A stretch of 64,000 nt of DNA, taken from Bugula neritina. Lineage: Eukaryota > Animalia > Bryozoa. This document shows, in pieces, positions 1 to 13,198 of the stretch. The notes under the pieces were generated by a model. The model was not told where the DNA came from, did not search any database, and worked only from the letters and a program-made list of their open reading frames with translations. The DNA lies in NCBI GenBank assembly GCA_964035545.1, contig OZ037768.1, positions 4,496,741-4,560,740 on the forward strand, read 5' to 3'. The position numbers and the translations under genes are program-made. How positions within the stretch are numbered: position 1 is the first letter of the stretch; each line of letters opens with the position of its first letter.

Positions 1-22
1 AAACGTTCGTATTTTACTGCAG

Positions 23-3000
23 AGAGATGATTTTTGTGTTGTTCCGGGATCAAAATGGTCTGCTAAAGAGGAGTTGAAACTTCTGGAATGCATTGAATCC
101 TGTGGCTTAGGTAACTGGTAAGTGAAGCACTGATAAATAAAGTACAAGTAAATGAAATGCTGGTACATGAAGTGTTAATAGGAGTCACTGAAAGTTGCCC
201 CTTGTACTTTAGCTCTAAATGTCTACCAATATAACAAAGGCAATGAGAGCCAGTTTCTTGTAATGAATCTTATTACTGAGTATAACTCTGTCTGTTTGCA
301 TTTTACCTTTATTTAGAATCCTTTAGACATTTCCATTACTATTCAGTTTAAATTCAATTTCACCCCTGCGTAGAGGATGTATTATGGCAACAGATAGTAA
401 TAAAAAGCTCCTAGATTTGTTTGTGTAGCAAGTTATTGGGGTTTTATGCTGTGCGTACCCACATTTTTGCTACTAGTTTCTACTCTTTCTATCACTAGAG
501 GTTGGCAGCATGTGCAGTATCATCTCCCCATTCGTACAACAGCAGCGGGTCACAAGTCATCAGTATTTAATTATTTTGTTGACAGGTCTTCTATAGCAAC
601 ATATCTTCCCGGCAGAAGTGCTAGGGAGTGTGAGAAACACTACAGCTCTGTCTTCCTATCAGTAGACATGATATCCTCAACACCAGGTGAGTACATAGTC
701 TAGACTCTAGTACATCTACACTTGGTATACTATATGTGGATATAGTCTAGTACATCTGTACTTGGTATACTATATGTGTATATAGTCTAGTACATCTACA
801 CTTGGTATACTGTATGTATATATAGTCTAGTACATCTACACTTAATATACTGTATGTGTATATAGTCTAGTACATCTACACTTGGTATACTGTATGTGTA
901 TATAGTCTAGTACATCTACACTTGGTATACTGTATGTGTATATAGTCTAGTACATCTGTACTTGACTCTCTTTCTCTCTAACAGGTCTGAGGGACATGCC
1001 TGCTACTGGGTTAAGAAGGCCTATTCCATATAAGCATGTAGGTGAGTATACAGACACCATTTCTGCTGCCTTCTACCCTTTTATTATATCATGCCTCATC
1101 TCTACGTCTCTATGCAAATCTAAGCACAAAGCCTCATGGTTTGAAAAGCTTTAGGAGTTCACTACTCTGATATTGGCCTTGGTTATGCAAGAGCTTTGGA
1201 CTTGATTTTAAATATTGCTGCTTCATAAAATTACTTTTAGAAGTGTTTAGTAGTTGTCTATCCTCTGTATACATGTGTAAACAACTCCGTATCCTGTATT
1301 TCAAGTAGAGTGAATAATATTAATTGTGATGTTGCATACAGTTAGCAATCTACCTCCGAGGCCAGCCGTAATGTCTGCTGCTTACAACGAGATATCAGGC
1401 TATATGGCTGCTAGGGGAGATTTCTCTACTGAACACGACAACCATGCTGAGCTCATTGTCAAAGATATTGACTTCACTAAAGAAGCTGAAGGTGATTTGC
1501 ATGATATTTTAGATGATCAAAGAGGAAATACTACAGTTAATAAACAACGTTTAGTCCAAAATGGATGCGCTAAAATTAAATTAGATTTCACGTGACCTGC
1601 TTTTTTATAAAATTTTAGTATCACTGTGTGTCAACCTGTGTTACAATTTCATTATCATGTTTTTATTGCTTTTACTTTAGTAAACAGAAGTTTTCAGTTT
1701 ATTAATTTGCTGTTTACTAACTTTCATTCTAAGCTCTATTTGAGTGACTAATAAGTTCTGTGTGCCCTTCAGTAGAAGAGGTTGAAGGTCACATGGATCT
1801 CTGCCTAGCTCTGGTAGATATATACAGGTTCAGGGTCTTAGAGAGGGAAAGGAGGAAAAGGTATCTAATTTTCTTACTACCACAACACAAAATATCTTGT
1901 TACATCTTTTTGCTATTTTTTATTAAAAATAAAATTCATAATCCAATTAGCCGGCTACCAGCAACAGCTCATATAATTTATGCTAGCTATTAGTAGTAAT
2001 GTCAATATTTGGAGTTGCCCTATCTTTTATAAGTTAAATTGCCTCCTTTGTTATATACCAAGAGTTCTAGTTGGCAAACTATGGTTATCTTATTAGGTTG
2101 AATTGAAAATGCCAATGCTATTAGCTCACATTGCTGCATATTTGGCTTTCATTTATATAGAAAAGTAATAGCTACACTTCTTTTCAGCTGAGCAAGCTCA
2201 ATAATTATAACCTGGTCATTGCTCCTTGGGTGACTATCTTACTAATATTCAGGAAGTATTTGTAATATAGTTTATAAATGCAGCATGATTTATAAAGTGT
2301 GGTCATTCTGTAAAATGGATTTGCATTTTTGGCACTTGGTTTTATGTTTAACTAAATTTCTTTTCTTCAAAGAATTTTTTCTCCTGTAGTAAGCAAGATT
2401 TGAGTTATAACCTCCAGAGCACAAGAAGATTTTACAATAATAGTCTAGGGACAATTGTTACTTTGCTTAAAGTAATCATAGAAGCTGTTTTGTCTTTATA
2501 AACTGTTGGCTATTGTTATTTTACCAGTATTTGCAAAATAATGGTCAAATCCAAATATTAAATGCTTCCAATTTTATTTTATTGTTAAAATTTATCCTTT
2601 TTAAAATAATAATCGATAGTAAAATTAAAACAAAAATTGATTTTAACCACTAAGTCATGCTATTGTAATCAGGAATTAAAACTACACCATCAACTGTGTT
2701 CTTATGTCACCAACACATATATTTTCTATACAATGTGAACATGTTTTACTAAAAACATCAAAAGTTCGATTTTATGGAAACTCCTAAATAGTTAAATCTA
2801 CAATCATTGTTTTGTTTGCATAATATTTTATTAGTTTTAGCATCAAGTGTTTGAATAGCAAACATGGAGCTTCTAGTTTAACTTTTTATCGTTGAAACAT
2901 GCGCCAAAAATTCAATTCATTGCTTTAAAAAAATTTAATTTATTAATTTTATAGAATAGTAAAAGAATATGGCCTGCTCAACCCCCACTCTACCGACAGT

Positions 3001-6000
3001 AAGTTGTTTGATTGCATTCCATATTTGTATTATATATTTAATATTAAATAGAATCTAGGGGTTAGAGCACCGACTTAGTAAACACAAGGTCGGTAGTTCA
3101 AATCCCAGTAAAAGCCATTCCTGATGTTGGGAAGAGCATCCAGTCATAATTGCTCCCTTGCCACCATGGAAAACAAGTTCTTAGCCCGATTTAATAAAAA
3201 CTCTTTTCACCAGAGGTTCTCACAGGGATGGAGCCTATACACGTATATAAGGAGTTTTATTTGATATTAAATAGTTATGTAATGTTTGGTGAAAGCTGAT
3301 CACTGTATTTATGAAAGAAAAATGTTTGAGTCAGTGAGTTCCACCTACGCTGCTGTGTCTAGTACACGATGGTCAATTACCACTACGCCGTATAATTAAA
3401 TGATGTCACCATGCATTGATAGGTGATTTATTTTATTAATATTGGAGCTAATTTAGTGAATTATATGCTGTAAAATTCTTAAGGTGTTGCACAGTTGGTA
3501 TTCGGGAACAATAGACACCTGAAATGTTTGATTGGTGTGGATGAAATTTCACTCCCTTTATTCTACTCCTTTGCAGATACCTGGGTGAATGTTGACTCAC
3601 ACTTTACTTGCTGTCCTTTTAACAGAAACTCATATTTCACACCAGTTATACATGTATGTCTATTTTAAGGTGAAACTTCAGTACAAAGCGTCTAATATTC
3701 GTATTGTTGGGAAATTGATGCTAGCATTATTTGAAAAGTCTCAATGCTTAAAGAATGGACGCCATATCAATATACATATTGCTGCAGGCTGGGTGTTCAT
3801 GTAGATGAATTACCATACCTTATATGGCATTCCATTATATACTACATAATAGACAAAAATACTTTATATATGAATATTCTACAATATAAAGTTATGCCAA
3901 AAAATATGCAAGAATAACAGAGCATTGTGCACCTGGCTCACACTATTTTATAAACGAGCTGTATTACTCATGGTTTTATTTAATGCTTTATTATATATTA
4001 AATTAAAAACTATTGAATAATAAGATAATTTATTAGTAAAGTTTTGCACATGTCAGCTTTTATTTAGTGCAACAGGTTTTTTGTAAAGTCAATGTTTTGT
4101 TGTGAAATGATGCAGAGTTTAAAATTGTAATTTTATTCATTGTAGTGCAAAGATTGAATTAAAACAACAGTTGAATTAAAAAAATTTCAAATCGGAAGCA
4201 GTTTTCTAATGATATAATGTAACTTGGCAAAAATCATTATCAATACAGTGTGTGCAGCAGTAAAAGTAACAAATTTTAAACTAAGGTTAAAGGTCAACGC
4301 AAAGCCTTTAATATAAAATTCATCTTGAGTCTGGTTGTGCCAGACTAAAAACAGAAATACTGATAATACTACTTTTAAACTGGGTTTTCAGATTTATCAT
4401 TCACTCTCGTAATTATTATGTGTATAATGTGTAATACTTCACAGTGTGTGCAGTTTCTCTTCTGCTAATATTTCAGTGTATTTCTCATCACTTCTACGTT
4501 GGCTGAGCAATGACCAGGTTTCAGCTCTACAAAAGTGCATGAGACTGTTACCTGCACAGCAATTCCTACAATACATCGAAGGCTTAAAAGGTAAACCCCC
4601 TCTTTGCTTCACCAGTAGTGCATACAGTTTCTGATTTATGTTACTATATGCAGTTTCTTTTCTCTCTCTGCATCATATCGGGTGCTTTTTACCATCGAGG
4701 AAATTGTGTTGGGTCAGTCAGCTTTGTTATTATTGTTATACCTGGCGTGAGAACAACACATGGAGTGCTAATGCTGGCATAGTAGCAGCTTGTTGTGAAG
4801 GAAATAATGTTGGGAAATGCTGTGACCTTGTGTGTAGAGGCTGTTCTCAGTGTGTCGCTGACCTGGTGGGGTAAAGTGAATCTGCTGACGTGGGAAAGTG
4901 TTACCTCCACAATGTCAAGGCCTTTGATAAAAACTTCAAACTTTTTTTCAAAATCGCGTATCAAAATAACTTAAATAAAATAATAATTCTAACTTTTTAT
5001 TCAGCATTTTGATTCATCAAATGAAACGTCTTCAGTAAGCTTTTAATTCGTAAAAATTGTCAATCGTAAAATCCAAACTCTAAGTTTGTAAAACATTTTT
5101 TCAACAAAAATCATATTAACTTGAAAATTACCTTCTGGAGTTGCTGCCCTAACTATTAGCTGCCCTAACTATTTGCTGCCCTAACTATTAGCTGTGTTCT
5201 GTTTCACATCACAGTTGAGGCAAAGTTGAAGAGTGAAATAGGAAAGCTGTTTGATGCCAGGAGAGAAGGATTGACCCGAATACATCAGATAGAAATACAT
5301 GAAAAGTTGAAAGCCCGCAGAGCCGAGACTAAGAGGAAGTCTACTGCTCTAATAAACTGCATCAAAAACCTGCAGGTAAAGCATATCATCCACTAAATAG
5401 CAGCATTACTAGAGGATTCTAGGTCTTTTATGGCATGTGGTGGTATCCCCGTAAGCTGGTAAATAAATCTCACATCAGCACAATTTTTTGTATTTGTGTT
5501 CTAATAGCCATTAGCATAGCAAAGCATTTATGATTTGGAACTGGAAAAAAGTATTTTGGAGAAGTGATATTTATATATATATTTTTTATATTTTACTTTC
5601 CATATTTAGAACTCTGAAAATAGTGCTCTTGGCACTATATATGTTTTTGGATCAGCCATTAAATCAGTCACACATAATCTGATGGATGATTTCCACCTGT
5701 TAACAAACATCTAATTATTAGTTTGATAGCCTGCAACTTTGTAGAACTGGTCACTGTGGCTTTATTCAGTGCTAGACAAGAGGGTACGAATTTTAGCTAA
5801 ATAGAATCAATGAAGTCTAGTTTGTAGAATATAGCAGGCAGATAGATGGTAGACATCTTTGTTAGTTATAGTATAAGATGATGCACTGCCCATAGTCTTA
5901 TATAATACTCTAACTACTTTAGTATAAGCAGGTCTTTGTTTGTGAAGCACTATTTTTAGGCACAAAGTAAATAAACATGGCGTAATTTATAAAAACATAT

Positions 6001-8547
6001 GAAGACCGGCTCAGAATTATTCTTGCTTCTTCTCTGTTTGTTGAACTCATAACTAGATAGAAAAATAGGCTGGTTGATGAAAAAGTTACTAGCATGGCGC
6101 AAACGTCAAGTTAATGTTATCAAATATTAGATTCTCTAGCTTAAGCGATATTTCTATTATCAGAAATGCTTGCATAAACTTTGTGAAAATTTAACCAAGT
6201 TCCACCATCTATACATTACTTTTTTATGCTACACATTGGGTCTGCCCCATCTTGCTATGGTAAAAATAAGGGCTTAGTTTATGCCTACTTTATTTCAACA
6301 ATTGCAGAATGAAGCAACTTGGCAAAGATACATAGCAAAAACTTCTATAGCAGATAAGATAGGTACGGCTTCTGCTCTGCCCCACCCAGCTTTAGGTGAG
6401 TTTTTTTAATAATTTTCTTAGAAGTGTGTATAATATAATTCAGCAATAAATAGAGCTTTAGCTACTTATTCCTAGAATTTTTTAGTATGAAACAGTATTC
6501 GAAAATCTAACTTTATAAAATAAAGTGACATAGATATATAAATTTTAGCACATTAACAAAGACTGCCATTGCTTGAACTCTAGTTGGTTTCTAATTTGTA
6601 CAATTACTTTGATGGAACTGCTGGTGCATAATAAATTGTGCATATCATTACTGCCATAAGAAAACTGTTTACAGTAATTGATGCCTGTTCATTATGACAT
6701 AGCAATCTTTTGAGTCAGGCTTCCATGTTATGTGTTTTATTTCATATAGAACTGTTAGAGCCTTTCTGTGTTGTGTAGAGTGTATGCTTAGAGTGTATGC
6801 TTAGAGTGTATGTGTAGGCAGCAGCGTGAGGTTGCTCAATCTCTAGGTTGGTTGCATCATCGTGTTATACAGCAGTTACACTATTTACTACGGTGCCACA
6901 CTGACTACCAGCCACTCTTCTGCACCATTGATTGCATATTCTTTACGGTCTTTTTATGTAAATAAATTGTGTTTATTACTATACAATTTATCTTGCATTT
7001 ATTATTATTATTATCATTATTATTAAAACTATAAATGGCTTGGGAAGTTGTCCGCTCTTTGTTGAGTACTAGATTGTAATTATTGCTTAATTAATTGCAG
7101 AAAGCTAGTATATATTTTTTGTCTAAATTAAAGTCACTTGTTTACAATTTTTTATAGGTGAGCTAGTTACATTTTATTTAACAAATTTCTCAAACTTCCA
7201 ACCTAATTTCATAGAACATATTATTCTGTTAAAAGTCAAGTGAATACAATCAACTTGTTTAATTAAGTTGATTTAGTGTAAATTGGTTGAGGATTTATTT
7301 CATGCCTTCAGGACATGTTATGTAATAGTTTCACAAACACATGATTGCCTTGCATACTGCATTTCAAGCCTATTTAGTCTTTGTCAGCCATCTATTAGCT
7401 CACTGGCTGCTTGCTTTTGCGAAAAAGTCAGTTTACAATATTTGCTTGCTAAGGGGTAAAGAAATTGAAGGTTGCATTGTGAGACAGCACTATATGTTTA
7501 CTACTACCAAAAGTGAAATAAGCCACATCTCTAAACATCTTTCTGGTCTGTGAAGTGTCGAAAGAGCATGACAATTTAGGATATTTTGTATTATTATGTA
7601 TTATTTAAAATTCTTAGCCGACTTTATTTCCACAGTTTTCAGTTTGTAGACTAAACTCAATACAGATTTGGAAATGCTCCAAATTTATGAGAAATACTGA
7701 ATGTCTGACATTGCGTTGAAATTGTTAGTATGGTGGTTGATTGCTTGTTGTGAAATCGTCTTAGTATTTGATACAGGCCATTAACAAGTGATAGGTATGC
7801 AGCACACTGTATGATTATTATACACTTGCGTGGCCAGCTGCAAACTTACAGATGCTTGCAGAGCTCAAAACATAATCATTTATTGGTTAATCCATTTTCA
7901 AAGAATTAAAAGTATTTATTACAGTATGATGCTGTTTTTATGGCAAAACAATTCCAACAATTTATGTACTTGCACATGTATACTACTGTGATCACTGGAG
8001 ATGACTCTACTTAGATAAGTTTATCTGCTTATGTAACGCGGATGTTGTGTAATTTGTTGAGCCTGGTTTCTTTACAGGTAGAAAGCAGCCTGGCCCTCTT
8101 GAAATTCACAGTCTCCCAGGCTACGAGAAGATAAATGCCAAGGAAAGAGAGGTAAAATAATTAATTTCAAATTCTCAACTTCTGTACTTGTTTTAAAATC
8201 AGTTTATGACAAAATGCTGGATTTATTTAAAATAATTTTTTTGTTCCTCAGCTAAAAGTTTGTTGTTTTTTGTAAAATTGAAATGGGCTTCATTTTTGCA
8301 TTATTTAGTCATATATTGGTTTTTTCTATAATGATAACTCAGCATTTTCTTTTAGTTGTGTTCAATGGCTCGACTGGTTCCCAATGCCTACCTTAACTTC
8401 AAGAGAGCGCTTATAAATGAATGTCGAAAGGATGGCTTTTTGAGACTAGCTAAAGCTCGGACTCTCATTAAAATTGATGTGAACAAAACACGGAAGATAT
8501 ATGACTTTCTCCTGACACATCAGATGATCAACCAGGAACCAGTGTAA
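23..8547 (+). CDS. TADA2A: Transcriptional adapter 2-alpha (ADA2a), 5'-partial. Exons approx. 23-117, 586-686, 985-1041, 1342-1491, 1773-1860, 2955-2998, ~4477-4590, ~5215-5375, ~6308-6395, ~8078-8151, 8356-8547
   Basis: Spliced translation gives a SANT domain (KWSAKEELKLLECIESCGLGNW...ECEKHY), the ADA2 motif GYMAARGDFSTEHDNHAE, ERERRKRIVKEYGLLN, and a C-terminal SWIRM domain (ARTLIKIDVNKTRKIYDFL). Exon phases are consistent across GT-AG introns. Confidence 0.93.
697..965. repeat. 40-bp minisatellite (TAGTCTAGTACATCTACACTTGGTATACTGTATGTGTATA), ~6.5 copies, filling a TADA2A intron
   Basis: Directly visible tandem units inside intron 687-984. Confidence 0.95.
3054..3239 (+). mobile_element. 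tRNA-derived SINE, 5'-truncated copy
   Basis: TCTAGGGGTTAGAGCAC (A-box-like) ... GTAGTTCAAATCCC (B-box-like), ending TCTCACAGGGATGGAGCCTATA. Homologous to inverted copies at ~46808, ~52925 and ~59388. Confidence 0.8.
5143..5193. repeat. 16-bp tandem repeat (GCTGCCCTAACTATTA) x3, just upstream of an acceptor
   Basis: Visible tandem units. Confidence 0.85.
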
Positions 8548-8827
8548 TAATTATGAGAATTTATTGTCAAAACAATTTTATTACGCAAATGTAAATAGAT
8601 GTACATTAGAATAAATCATTATTAGCAAAACATAGTTTTGCAAATTTTGATATGTTTTCAATAAATTAAATCAATTGCAATTCACAAATTTGAAACTAAC
8701 TAAAGCAGTCATAATACTTAACCTCGAATGTTGCAATCGGAAGATAAGCAAATTACTGAGCTTATGAGTTCAACCACATGACGCTGTGTTCAGGTGTTCT
8801 TCTTCAACTTACTTGTTCTACAGCTCA

Positions 8828-10151
8828 TTACTGCTCCGTAAGACGAGTCATTTTCATGCTGTCGGAGTTGCCCATGATGCGATCAGCAATGTGAAACTTG
8901 CTGCATACAAGGCAGATAGAGTTTATCAATAGTATAGACAGGTTGATTGATGCCAACACTGTTAAAGTCATGAGCTGGCTAGAATCAACAGGTGTGCTGT
9001 CTGGGGGTGATCTAGTAGGCGCTGGATTGGTCGTAGGTACTGGCACTATGCGTCCAGTACATTGAGATGAGTAACCAGATAAGGTGAACCCATAGGCCAT
9101 TTGTATAGTAGCCGAAGTACACCTGCAATAACATGGAACAAGATAGTTTAATGGTTTAAATTGCTGAGTCGCAGTTGGAATAGCATTTTTGTCTGCTTCA
9201 ACACATCTGACAGAAATTCACATGGTCTGCACTATCGAACAATTACCAAAAACATGACTGGTGTAAATTACTACCACCTTTTGACAAGATATTATTTTAT
9301 ACTTGACATGTTGCCTGTTATTTAGCAATGCTTAGCTTACAAGTTATAAAATGTTCACAAAACCGCTGCCTAAAAGCATTTAAAACTCAAGTTCAAAGTT
9401 ATGTTGATATACAAGTGATTCCTAATATTCAAGTATTGATGACGCTGTCACTCACCTGGCTAGTGATACAACGTACTTGGAAGACTCTCCATCATCAAGT
9501 TTAAAGACTTTCTTACCAAAGCACTCCAGAAGCAGTGTGCCATTTTTTACACAACCTGAGAACTTATCTTCCTGATTGAGAGTTATCACATTTCCGTGGG
9601 GGCTCGCCTTCACTGTTTCAACTTTCTCTTCACAGGCAGTGGTGGTATTCCATTTCTAAATCATAGGCTATGCTGGTATCGCATTTGTACACAAATGATT
9701 CATCATTACTATGCATTGATACGCTTAAAAACAGGTGGGGGGGGGGGGTTTGGCTGGCTCGCAAGAAGTATATCAACATTTTAAACAAATCTTAGAGTAC
9801 CCCAAGCAGACATTCAAGTTAAAATTTCATGTAATATAACATATTAGAAAGTTAATGTAAATTGTACATACATCTTCACATCCACAACAAAGACATACGA
9901 GATGGTGTAGCACTTACCAACTCTGAATCTTGTTTATACAGTAGCAGCTGGATAGGGTTCTCATATGCCACTTTCTGACTGTACAAAATGGTGAAGGTAA
10001 ACTCTAACGTTGATTTAGAATTGTAAGTTGCACTAAGGATGTCTTCATACCACTGTTCTGTAGCTCTTAGCTCGCCTTCGCTTACACAGTCTTGAGCTGA
10101 AACGGCACCTAATAACAGGACTAGAAACTGAGCCACTTTGAAAGTAGGCAT
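8828..10151 (-). CDS. Single-pass type-I membrane protein with a TMEM145/GPR180-like GOLD ectodomain. Exons 10151-9918, 9655-9456, 9122-8828
   Basis: Signal peptide MPTFKVAQFLVLLLGAVSA. Ectodomain pattern LLLY..CEEK..NVITLNQEDKFSGC..LLEC..KKVF..YVVSLARC..IQMAYGFTLSG resembles, from recall, the TMEM145 N-terminus. It is followed by a P/T/S stalk, one TM helix (LMTLTVLASINLSILLINSICLVC) and a short tail. Splice phases (0, 2) are consistent. Confidence 0.75.
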
Positions 10152-12151
10152 AATTTTTTTATGAAATTTTTTTCGTAGCCTGTTCAAAGCACATACAGTC
10201 TGCTAATGACAGAGCTTTGTCGTTTTGACCACTTGTGGATCCTCCCCCTTTTAAACTTTGTCACGTTATATACCTTAAATATCAGATTCACCAATTGTGT
10301 TTTTTCAAGTGTCATAAAATATATAATGGAAGCTCTTCAAATGATCGCATTATCTTACTATATCTCTATATATATTGTTCAACCTACGGCTGCATCTTTA
10401 TTTGTTGTAAATTATTAGGTGACACTGCGGGTTTTTGGGTTGCACTTTTCAAACAGTAGCCTACAGTCATTTCCTATCTGAAAGTTTAGTTAACAATTAA
10501 AACTTGTTTCATCTTCAGCAAAGAATATGCATGCCACTTTTGAGATATAAAATCACCTCTTGTGAAAGTCAAAAACTCAAATTGTAGAGCCAGCAAGTTC
10601 TTTTTAATCACAATCTAATCAGACCTATGAATGCTAAGCCCTCAACTTTACTGTGAAGCTCTAGACTTGGCCACACAATTTTCTATAGAAATAACATTGA
10701 TTGCAGCTCTTCTTCTATATTAAACCTAAAATCAATCAAATCAAATCAAGAGTAATGATCTTAAGCTATTGCTCTGTTAATCTCCCCAGGGATAAGCCTA
10801 AGGCGGCTGATGTTTGTCATACAGTAATTGTCTGATTGCTCCATAAATATAATATACTTTTCTAATCAAATCTAATTGTATTGTATAAGTCTTGCATTTT
10901 GCAATATGATTTCATTTGTTCAGTTAGATGTAAATTTTCCCAGGAAGTGTTTGAATAAAGTGTTAGTGACTGTTTATTCCACTGTGGCTGTTTCCCCCAC
11001 CTCCCACACTAAGTCAACAAACCTAGCACGCTGCATGGTCGTCAAGCAGTGTTCCGTTCATCTCCTCACAATCTATATTTCCTCCCACCAACCACAGTAA
11101 CTCAAATTGTGTATAACTAATTACAAAAATATATATTTAGATATAATTATATTAATTCATCTTTAATTTAGCTCTAATCAAATATTGGCTTTATATTAGT
11201 GGTTACATAATTTTTACAATCACGTTAGATATCAGTGTTTTATTTATTCTCCATTTTGTAATTACCCTTCATTTGACATAGTATACTCACCTGTGCACAA
11301 AAAAGCTCACCTGTAGGTTTGACAGCACTTATTTGTTGGCAGACATTTAATATTTATGTTGTGTTTATGTAACAACTGATAGTACATCTGCAAGCTCTGT
11401 ATGATCTCTTATGTAAGAGTATTTGTTTAGCTGTCTAAGATATTTTGTCACAATTTATTCTTAGTGATACATTTTTATGTTGTTGAAAGCAAATAGTATT
11501 AAAATTATATATTTGTGCTATACTTTGTACTATACTTGAAGATATATCGTACTATATACTTGAAGTTATACACAAAATATATTATATTATATATACTTTT
11601 ATATATATTATAGGACATATTATACTATGTTATATAACTTACAGGTATAATTACCATTTGCTACTGCATGTCCACTGATCGAAAATGTACACCCATCTAA
11701 TTAAAAAATTTAAATTGAAGTAAATTTTAATTATAAGTAAGAATTTAACAAAACGAAATAAAAGCAGTGTGACTCTCATATTATTGTGTTGCAGAAAACG
11801 TGTCTTTCAAAATATTTTATCTGTAAATTGCAATTTTTATTCTGCCCATAAAACATCTGTAGTAATACTTGAGTAGGTAAACAATCCTGTATAAATTCAA
11901 TTATTAAAACCTGTCATTTCTGAGTTCTGATTAATGATACCATTTATGGTCACCTTTAGTTAGACTAATTGATCTGTTCATCTAATCATTAATTATTATT
12001 ATGCAATTAACTCACATGTGTTTAGCAACAATTGTAATGGCATTTTTATGTGGATGAAGATTGGCTTATCATTGAGCGAGCACATTGTATATGCTATGCT
12101 GTAACAACACTGATTGCCTATAAATTACAGCTTCACTGATCATATCTATCA

Positions 12152-12161
12152 TATATATAAA
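12152..12161 (+). promoter_or_regulatory. Candidate TATA box of the neuropeptide gene
   Basis: TATATATAAA ~85 nt upstream of ATG 12244; AT-rich background lowers specificity. Confidence 0.4.
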
Positions 12162-12243
12162 GCCTCTCAACTGTGTAGCATCACCTGCTAATCTCTGTCA
12201 TCCGCTCAGTGCATCACACATGTAAAACGTATAGAAAGTCAAC

Positions 12244-13198
12244 ATGGAACTTACTGGCTCTACACATTGCTTACACTGTGTCTTATTTCGACTTCAGTGG
12301 AACTTCTCTTTAAACAAAAGGTAAGCAGTTTGTATTTTTAAAGTAAAAGTAGAAATTTTGAGAAAAAGAAATGCAATAATCGGGCTATATGCTAATAATG
12401 TTATGTTACTAATAACAGTTCTCAAATTATTTGCAGAATAAAATAAGTGAAATACAATCTATCTTAATTTATCATTATGTTTAAAGTTAATTGCTACAAT
12501 ACTGGAAACATATATGCAAATATCACAAACAAAAATATTGAATTGTAAGTAAGAAGAAGCGCTTCAGGGAACAGTGTTTGTACCATAAGAACTTTGTCCA
12601 TATCAATTGTTTTTCAGCAACTTGTAGTTAATTAATATCAAAACTTAACAATAATATTGTTTGACAAAAATTTGGCAACTTTTCAATTTTTCCTTGACTT
12701 ATTTTCAACTGTTTTGTTTCCTTTTACAGATGTGGTTTCACCGTGTATTCAAGGATACTATTATTCACAATACTTCTTCTGTCGCTTTTGCCTGATGGGG
12801 GAAAAGCTCTCAGCCTTAACAGACTTCTCAGGCAACCTACAGCACCCCTTCTCAGTACCCCGGACACCGGGAGTAGCATAGAGCCCCCCATAAACCAGTA
12901 TAATTATCTTCAAAAATTGGGCAACAAAAACACCTTGCGAAATTATTTGAAATCATTAAGTAATAACAAGGAAATTAAAAAGTCAACAAAAGTATCAACT
13001 GAAAGCAATGAAAACTGGGATGGTGGGCTTTTAGCCTTTTCACTCTATAACAAGCAGCAATCTTCTAATCACCTTCGTGGGTTAAATAGTGGAATCGTTG
13101 CATTGTATGACCCTATGGGTGGCGGGCCTTGGGGGAAAAAGAAAAAGCGATCGCTACCAGAGAACTTTGACTTTGACTACGAAGGAGATGACTTATAG
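12244..13198 (+). CDS. Secreted neuropeptide/prohormone precursor. Exons 12244-12320 and 12730-13198; predicted amidated peptide ...YDPMGGGPW-NH2
   Basis: The ATG exon joins in frame (AG|A) to the 151-aa ORF. Hydrophobic signal segment ILLFTILLLSLL; C-terminal W-G-KKKKR amidation/cleavage site followed by an acidic tail (SLPENFDFDYEGDDL). Confidence 0.75.

Noticed and set aside
4638-4964. Nested ORFs in a TADA2A intron
   Set aside because: Slightly GC-richer, but no recognisable protein or convincing exon structure; possibly a repeat fragment.
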